From the NCBI GenBank assembly GCA_002389995.1, contig DGRR01000219.1, positions 19,103 through 83,102 of the forward strand: a stretch of DNA of 64,000 nucleotides, given 5' to 3'. A program made the position numbers and the translations under genes. This document shows, piece after piece, positions 59,028-64,000 of the stretch. This DNA is from Ruminococcus sp. UBA4383. Its GTDB lineage: Bacteria > Bacillota > Clostridia > Oscillospirales > Ruminococcaceae. Each line of letters begins with the position of its first letter. Positions within the stretch are counted from its first letter, which is position 1. Below the pieces are notes generated by a model, which had not been told where the DNA came from, searched no databases, and saw nothing but the letters and a program-made list of their open reading frames with translations.

Positions 59028-61643
59028 TCAGCAGTCTTCAATATCGGGGCTTGGCTTTGAAAAAAGATATCCCTGTGAATAATCTATATTAAAATCAAGG
59101 AGAAGTTTCTGTATATCCTCATTGTCAACAAATTCTGCGATTATCTGGAATGTACCCTTGCTGAGTCTTTTCCAGCCCGAAATCAATGCAATAAGATTTG
59201 CGGATTTTTCATCAACACAGCATCTCTTTACAATTGAGCCGTCTATTTTAAGATAGTCTGAATGTATGCTTGCGATATGCTGTAAATTTGAGAAACCGCT
59301 TCCGAAGTCGTCTATTGATATTTTTCCGCCAAGAGAATGTATTCTGTCAACAAAAAGCATGAGTTCGTTATAATCGTCTATATCCTCATTTTCAAGTATT
59401 TCAAACACAAAATTATTCGGATACTTTGCAGATGAAAGGAAATTGTAGATATATTCGATTATTTCACGGTTTTTTATATCTCTTATCGCAAGGTTGATGC
59501 TTACGCTTTTATCCTCGATATCCTTGAATCTTTCAAAGACTTTTCTTATCATTATCTTTGACATGGAATCATAGAGAAGTCCGAATGACCTTGCAACGTC
59601 AAGAAAACTTCCGGGATAATATATTTCTCCGTCTTCATCTTCAAGGCGCATAAGTGATTCATAATGATGTATACACTTGTTCACATTGTCATATATTCCC
59701 TGAAAATACGGGATTATCTTGTCATGTGCTATTGCGTAGTTTATAACGTTTACCATATGATAGCGTTCTCTTATACTTTCCTCGTCAAGCTGTCCACGCT
59801 TTGCGTTATATGAATAAAACTGTATATTTTTCTGAGACATCTCAGTAAGTGCCGAATAATAGGCTGATGTGAGATTTTCAGATGTGCAGTCATCAATTAT
59901 GCAGAAAAGCGGTACTATTGCTATATATTCCTCAGATGCCTCAAAAAGTTCCCTCTGCAATACTTCCATATCGCCGACAAATTCTGAAAGTGCAACCATA
60001 TATGAAGGCGCAGCAATTGCAACATTCCATTCTTCAAGGGCATATATCGAATAGCCTTTCTGTTTTGCGTAGCTTATGCATTTTGTCATGTAATTTTTAT
60101 GGGTAAGGTCTATAAGGCGGTCTGAAAATACTGTTTTCATGCTTGAAACATCTGTTACATTTATCATGCATATGCGGTCATATCCTCTGAGTTTCATATC
60201 CATATTCATGGCTGCCGCATTGGGAATATCTTCATTTTCCGAATACAGAAGTTTAAGTTCGCAGTCTCTTACAAAGGTTTTAAGGCTGTCTGCGGCTTTT
60301 GAATCGTCATTTTTTATAAACTCATTTTCTATGTCATAAAGATAATTCAGCAGTTCCCTGTTATCCTCCACAAGTGAATCAGTATGCGAAAATGCAAAGG
60401 GATTGTATGGCTGTGATGCCGCCTCCTCACCTATTACAGATACTACAAACGAACAGTTTGCAAAAGTATTTCTGCCGTTTACATAGGCAATTTCTCCCTC
60501 TGTTATGCAGCCGCACATATTTGAATTTTCATAGGCTGATATTTCCCATTTTACGCAGTTTGAATATATCATTGAGCGGGCTATGCACGAATATCCGAAA
60601 AGAGTTTCTGCCTTTTCAAAATTTTCTATCTGTCTGAAAAGCGCACGGTTATCTGATATTATTTTCCTGTCATATATAAAGGCTCTCTTTAATTTTTTTC
60701 CTGCTTTGACATTATGGTTTGCGTTTATAAGTTCACGCCTGCAATTTACATCTATATCGGGGTGACTTGCATATGAATCGCTGTTTACGGGGTCATTTGC
60801 GTCAAACATTTCCGCTATGCTTTCATTGTCGGAAAATCTTACAAATATCGGAATATCGCTTACATCTGAATACACATACGGGAAAAGATTAGTAAGTTCC
60901 GGACGGTTTTTCAGTGCATCACCTATGCCTATGCGGTATTCTCTTGCGGCATCTTTGCCGTTTATTGAAAGTATACAAGTACCGAATGTATCTGTTATTT
61001 CAACTTCCTCGCCTATAACCTGAACGCCTGTGGCGCATGAACTGTGGCTTTCGACATTTTCACCGCTTATGGCTGCGAGGATAGTGCCTTTATTTGTCCA
61101 GCCGTTTTCATTGAATACAAATCCTGAATCGAGAAATTTACGCAGGCTTATTTCAGGAGTGTTTGCAAGTCCGCCTATCATCTGCACATTAGGGAAACAG
61201 ATATTGCATTTTTCTACATAGCTGTATACATCGAGATATTTTCCTGTGAGGAAAGTGAGAAGGAGCTTCGTATTTTCGTCTATCACGGCAGATTTTACAT
61301 TTTTGCAGAGTATTTCGGGTTTTATGGGCTTGTCGTTTTCATCGAATGTCGGAATAAGTGCGGTTCTGATTTTTCCGCCTGCTGACATCTGGGTAACTGA
61401 AATTACGCACTGGTCGGGAGAAAGTTTTCCGCTGACTATTACCGCTGATGTACTTGTGCCGAAAATATGCGCTCCGGGTACAAGTTTTGCTATGAATTTT
61501 GCGAGGTCTACGGCTTCATCTTCAACGTGTATGGCTGTATGTATGCGTATGAGAATATCACCCTTTACAGGATTGAGCATAAGCTGGCTGAATGCCTGTG
61601 CGAGTCTTGTCTTTGATATGTATTTAAAATTCCATGTAAACAT
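59028..61643 (-). CDS. FIST-domain sensor with degenerate GGDEF-like region and intact EAL phosphodiesterase
   Basis: FIST-like GTSTS, IGGLA, YSCIAR, GCITEGEI..N; EAL motifs YESLMRL, SINL, FEILE, DDFGSGFSN, KIDGS, AEFVD, QGYLF. Confidence 0.88.
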   Translation of the reverse strand: MFTWNFKYISKTRLAQAFSQLMLNPVKGDILIRIHTAIHVEDEAVDLAKFIAKLVPGAHIFGTSTSAVIVSGKLSPDQCVISVTQMSAGGKIRTALIPTFDENDKPIKPEILCKNVKSAVIDENTKLLLTFLTGKYLDVYSYVEKCNICFPNVQMIGGLANTPEISLRKFLDSGFVFNENGWTNKGTILAAISGENVESHSSCATGVQVIGEEVEITDTFGTCILSINGKDAAREYRIGIGDALKNRPELTNLFPYVYSDVSDIPIFVRFSDNESIAEMFDANDPVNSDSYASHPDIDVNCRRELINANHNVKAGKKLKRAFIYDRKIISDNRALFRQIENFEKAETLFGYSCIARSMIYSNCVKWEISAYENSNMCGCITEGEIAYVNGRNTFANCSFVVSVIGEEAASQPYNPFAFSHTDSLVEDNRELLNYLYDIENEFIKNDDSKAADSLKTFVRDCELKLLYSENEDIPNAAAMNMDMKLRGYDRICMINVTDVSSMKTVFSDRLIDLTHKNYMTKCISYAKQKGYSIYALEEWNVAIAAPSYMVALSEFVGDMEVLQRELFEASEEYIAIVPLFCIIDDCTSENLTSAYYSALTEMSQKNIQFYSYNAKRGQLDEESIRERYHMVNVINYAIAHDKIIPYFQGIYDNVNKCIHHYESLMRLEDEDGEIYYPGSFLDVARSFGLLYDSMSKIMIRKVFERFKDIEDKSVSINLAIRDIKNREIIEYIYNFLSSAKYPNNFVFEILENEDIDDYNELMLFVDRIHSLGGKISIDDFGSGFSNLQHIASIHSDYLKIDGSIVKRCCVDEKSANLIALISGWKRLSKGTFQIIAEFVDNEDIQKLLLDFNIDYSQGYLFSKPSPDIEDC

Positions 61644-61654
61644 ATAACCGCCTC

Positions 61655-61732
61655 CTGTTTCTGATTATGAAAAAACCGTGTCTGCCCTCAACAGTATAGA
61701 GATTGAGACAGTCCACGGTCTTTCAGAAATAG
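61655..61732 (-). other. Long imperfect stem-loop filling the intergenic region (terminator or attenuator candidate)
   Basis: TGAAAGACCGTG-GA-CTGTCTCAA pairs with TTGAGGGCAG-A-CACGGTTTTTTCA. Confidence 0.7.
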
Positions 61733-61736
61733 CATT

Positions 61737-62534
61737 TTATTTTACATCTTTCTTATTGAATATTTTTATTGTTGCGGGCAGAAATATTGCAATTATAATT
61801 CCCGATACAAGCAATCCGTTAAATATGGCTACTTGTCCAAGAGACAAAAGCTGGTCAGGTCCATTGTTGAGAAGGTACATATCAGATGTATGGAAAATTT
61901 TAATAAATGCTGTATCTATGGCAAAATACACGCCTGTAAGGACACCTGTTCCCGTTATTACTCCCACGATGCTGGCAAAAGTTTTATTTCCCAGACCTGT
62001 TGTAAGGAACAGAAGTATAGTACATATTGACTGTAAAAGGAGCCATTTGAGAATAAATGTAACTATACTTGTCGAAATATTTTCAACAGCGATACTTCTT
62101 ACAGTCAGTTCGCTTATAATTCTTCCGCAGGCTGAAACAAGCATAAAAATCATATTATGTATTGATATTACAATAAATTTAGATACGACTGTATAGCCAC
62201 GTTTAGGGAGCTGACCTGCAATATTTTTAACATATCCATTTGCTATATCCGAATATGTAAATGATACCACCGATATAAAGAGCAGTACAAACACAGGTTT
62301 TGCTATAAAAGGTGAGGCTATAATTTCCGAAAGGTTTTTAGTATTTTCAAACACCATAAACTGTGATTCTGTTCCGGAATCTGCAACATCTTTAATTAAT
62401 TTATTGGCAATAAAACACATAAATTTTGCAAAAGGGGCAGAAGCAAGAGCAGTAACAAATATAATTATAAGATTCACAATGAATACTTTGCTTTTTCTCA
62501 TTCTGTAAAAATCCATTTTTACAAGATTACCCAT
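61737..62534 (-). CDS. ABC-2 permease (bacitracin/lantibiotic resistance type)
   Basis: NLVKMDFYR, DIANGYVKN, VVSKF; about 6 TM. Confidence 0.85.
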   Translation of the reverse strand: MGNLVKMDFYRMRKSKVFIVNLIIIFVTALASAPFAKFMCFIANKLIKDVADSGTESQFMVFENTKNLSEIIASPFIAKPVFVLLFISVVSFTYSDIANGYVKNIAGQLPKRGYTVVSKFIVISIHNMIFMLVSACGRIISELTVRSIAVENISTSIVTFILKWLLLQSICTILLFLTTGLGNKTFASIVGVITGTGVLTGVYFAIDTAFIKIFHTSDMYLLNNGPDQLLSLGQVAIFNGLLVSGIIIAIFLPATIKIFNKKDVK

Positions 62535-63444
62535 TATGCTGACCTCCTGTCACACTGAGGTAATAGTCTTCAAGAGATACATTGTTGACATATATTTCTT
62601 TAAGAGAGATACCTGCATTTACTATTGCCTTAGCCATTTTGTCGCTTTCGTCGAGATGTTCGTTTACACGCACCTTATTGTCATCATCAACTGTTGCGTC
62701 CTGTATTCCGATATTTCTGAGAGTTTTTATAACGCCTTCGTTATTGTCGGAATTGATTATTACATATTTTCCGCATCTTGATTTAAGGTCATCTACTGTA
62801 AATTCATCGAGAAGTTTTCCTTCATGGATAATGCCGTATTTTGTGGCAAGTTTTCCGAGTTCATCGAGGATATGGCTTGAAATCATAACTGTTATGCCTT
62901 TTTCGCCACAGAGTTTTTCAATGGTATGGCGCACTTCAACGATACCCTGCGGGTCGAGACCGTTTATAGGCTCATCGAGAACTATAATCTCAGGTTCACC
63001 GACAAGTGCGAGGGCAATTCCGAGTCGCTGGCGCATACCGAGTGAAAAAGAACCTGCACTTTTTTTATTGTCCACGTTTTCAAGTCCTACTGTTTTGAGA
63101 AGTTTTTCAACATAGCCATTGGGATTTATTCCCATGCCGATACATTTGATTTTAAGATTTTCGTAAGCAGAGCGTTCAGGATAAAGACCGGGACTTTCAA
63201 TCAGAACGCCGACTTTGTTCATAAATTGTCTTGCATCTGCGCCTGTTTTTCCGAAAAGGCTGTAAGAACCGCTTGTCGGTGAAGAAAGGCCTGTGATTAT
63301 TCTCATAATAGTAGTTTTTCCTGCGCCGTTTCTGCCGATAAGACCGTAAATTTCGCCTTTTGAAATATGAATGTTTATGTCTTTTATTGCGTCTTTTTTG
63401 CCATATGTTTTCGTCAGATTCTGAGTTTCAAGTATGTAAGACAT
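62527..63444 (-). CDS. ABC transporter ATPase (BcrA-like)
   Basis: GRNGAGKTT, FSLGMRQRLGIA, LDEPINGLDPQG. Confidence 0.93.
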   Translation of the reverse strand: MSYILETQNLTKTYGKKDAIKDINIHISKGEIYGLIGRNGAGKTTIMRIITGLSSPTSGSYSLFGKTGADARQFMNKVGVLIESPGLYPERSAYENLKIKCIGMGINPNGYVEKLLKTVGLENVDNKKSAGSFSLGMRQRLGIALALVGEPEIIVLDEPINGLDPQGIVEVRHTIEKLCGEKGITVMISSHILDELGKLATKYGIIHEGKLLDEFTVDDLKSRCGKYVIINSDNNEGVIKTLRNIGIQDATVDDDNKVRVNEHLDESDKMAKAIVNAGISLKEIYVNNVSLEDYYLSVTGGQHNG

Positions 63445-63540
63445 ACTTCCCTCCTAAAATATATCAAACAAAAATTGTTTAAATCAATGATATTATATCA
63501 TAATTTTATATAACTGTCAAGCAATATTAAAATAATATAA

Positions 63541-63572
63541 AAAAAAGCTTCGACATTTTCAGTCGAAGCTTA
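63541..63572 (-). terminator. Terminator of the tRNA/5S transcript
   Basis: AAGCTTCGAC / GTCGAAGCTT with T-tract on the minus strand. Confidence 0.85.
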
Positions 63573-63573
63573 T

Positions 63574-63649
63574 TGGCTCCCCCTGCCCGGCTCGAACGGG
63601 CGACAACTCGGTTAACAGCCGAGTGCTCTACCGACTGAGCTAAGGAGGA
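63574..63649 (-). tRNA. tRNA-Asn(GTT), CCA encoded
   Basis: TCCTCCTTAGCTCAGTCGGTAGAGC...CTGTTAA...GTTCGAG...AGGGGGAGCCA, 76-nt cloverleaf. Confidence 0.97.
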
Positions 63650-63654
63650 ATATA

Positions 63655-63771
<117 letters not shown>

Positions 63772-63790
63772 TATTTTTTAATTTAAAAAG

Positions 63791-63862
63791 TGACCCGTAC
63801 CAGAATCGAACTGGTGTTACCGGCGTGAGAGGCCGGTGTCTTAACCGCTTGACCAACGGGCC
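63791..63862 (-). tRNA. tRNA-Glu(CTC), CCA not encoded
   Basis: GGCCCGTTGGTCAAGCGGTTAAGAC...CTCTCAC...GTTCGATT...ACGGGTCA. Confidence 0.96.
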
Positions 63863-63871
63863 ATATTATAG

Positions 63872-63937
63872 TGCACCATCGGGGACTCGAACCCAGGACC
63901 CACTGATTAAGAGTCAGTTGCTCTACCACCTGAGCTA
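63872..63937 (-). pseudogene. tRNA-Lys(CTT) lacking its 5' acceptor strand (positions 8-73 only)
   Basis: TAGCTCAGGTGGTAGAGCAACTGACTCTTAATCAGTGGGTCCTGGGTTCGAGTCCCCGATGGTGCA; positions 1-7 read GTCTCCC and cannot pair with ATGGTGC. Confidence 0.8.
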
Positions 63938-64000
63938 GGGAGACAGATCGTGTTTCACGAACTGAGTCTCAAAGACTCGTCTTTTTCAAAAGCGGGTGCA
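63938..64000 (-). mobile_element. Probable end of an element inserted into tRNA-Lys (continues beyond the window)
   Basis: Sharp junction at tRNA position 7/8; three consecutive short hairpins; no coding part visible. Confidence 0.4.

Noticed and set aside
61644-61736. c-di-GMP riboswitch upstream of the EAL gene
   Set aside because: No class I or class II consensus; only a single long hairpin.
63930-63985. Loose likeness to 23S rRNA peptidyl-transferase sequence, to a Nextera adapter (CTGTCTC) or to a group II intron end
   Set aside because: Matches are short and gapped; the adapter continuation TTATACACATCT and an intron domain V are absent.

Overview
AT-rich chromosomal window from a cellulosome-producing Ruminococcus-like (Oscillospiraceae) bacterium. 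The taxon is inferred from a dockerin-bearing GH48, two more dockerin proteins, xylA/xylB and gene order. It is mostly core genome: aroK, guaB, a murC-lexA-zapA-U32-dut-mreBCD-pbp2 run, spoVG, and the yloC-remA-gmk-rpoZ-priA-def-fmt-rsmB-rlmN-prpC-prkC-rsgA-thiN cluster, followed by a 29-aa spoVM that the ORF track misses. Accessory modules are an ECF sigma/anti-sigma/wall-anchored trio, an interrupted xylose locus, cel48 divergent from a Gld-like ABC operon, a dockerin-tagged NlpC/P60 hydrolase, and a FIST-EAL phosphodiesterase next to a sugar sensor with no output domain. The right end holds tRNA-Asn, a 5S rRNA gene flanked by tRNAs, tRNA-Glu and a tRNA-Lys(CTT) whose 5' acceptor strand is replaced by a multi-hairpin sequence running off the window; this is the strongest anomaly. 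I saw no CRISPR array, transposase or phage gene. All calls come from reading the sequence by eye; no database searches were run.
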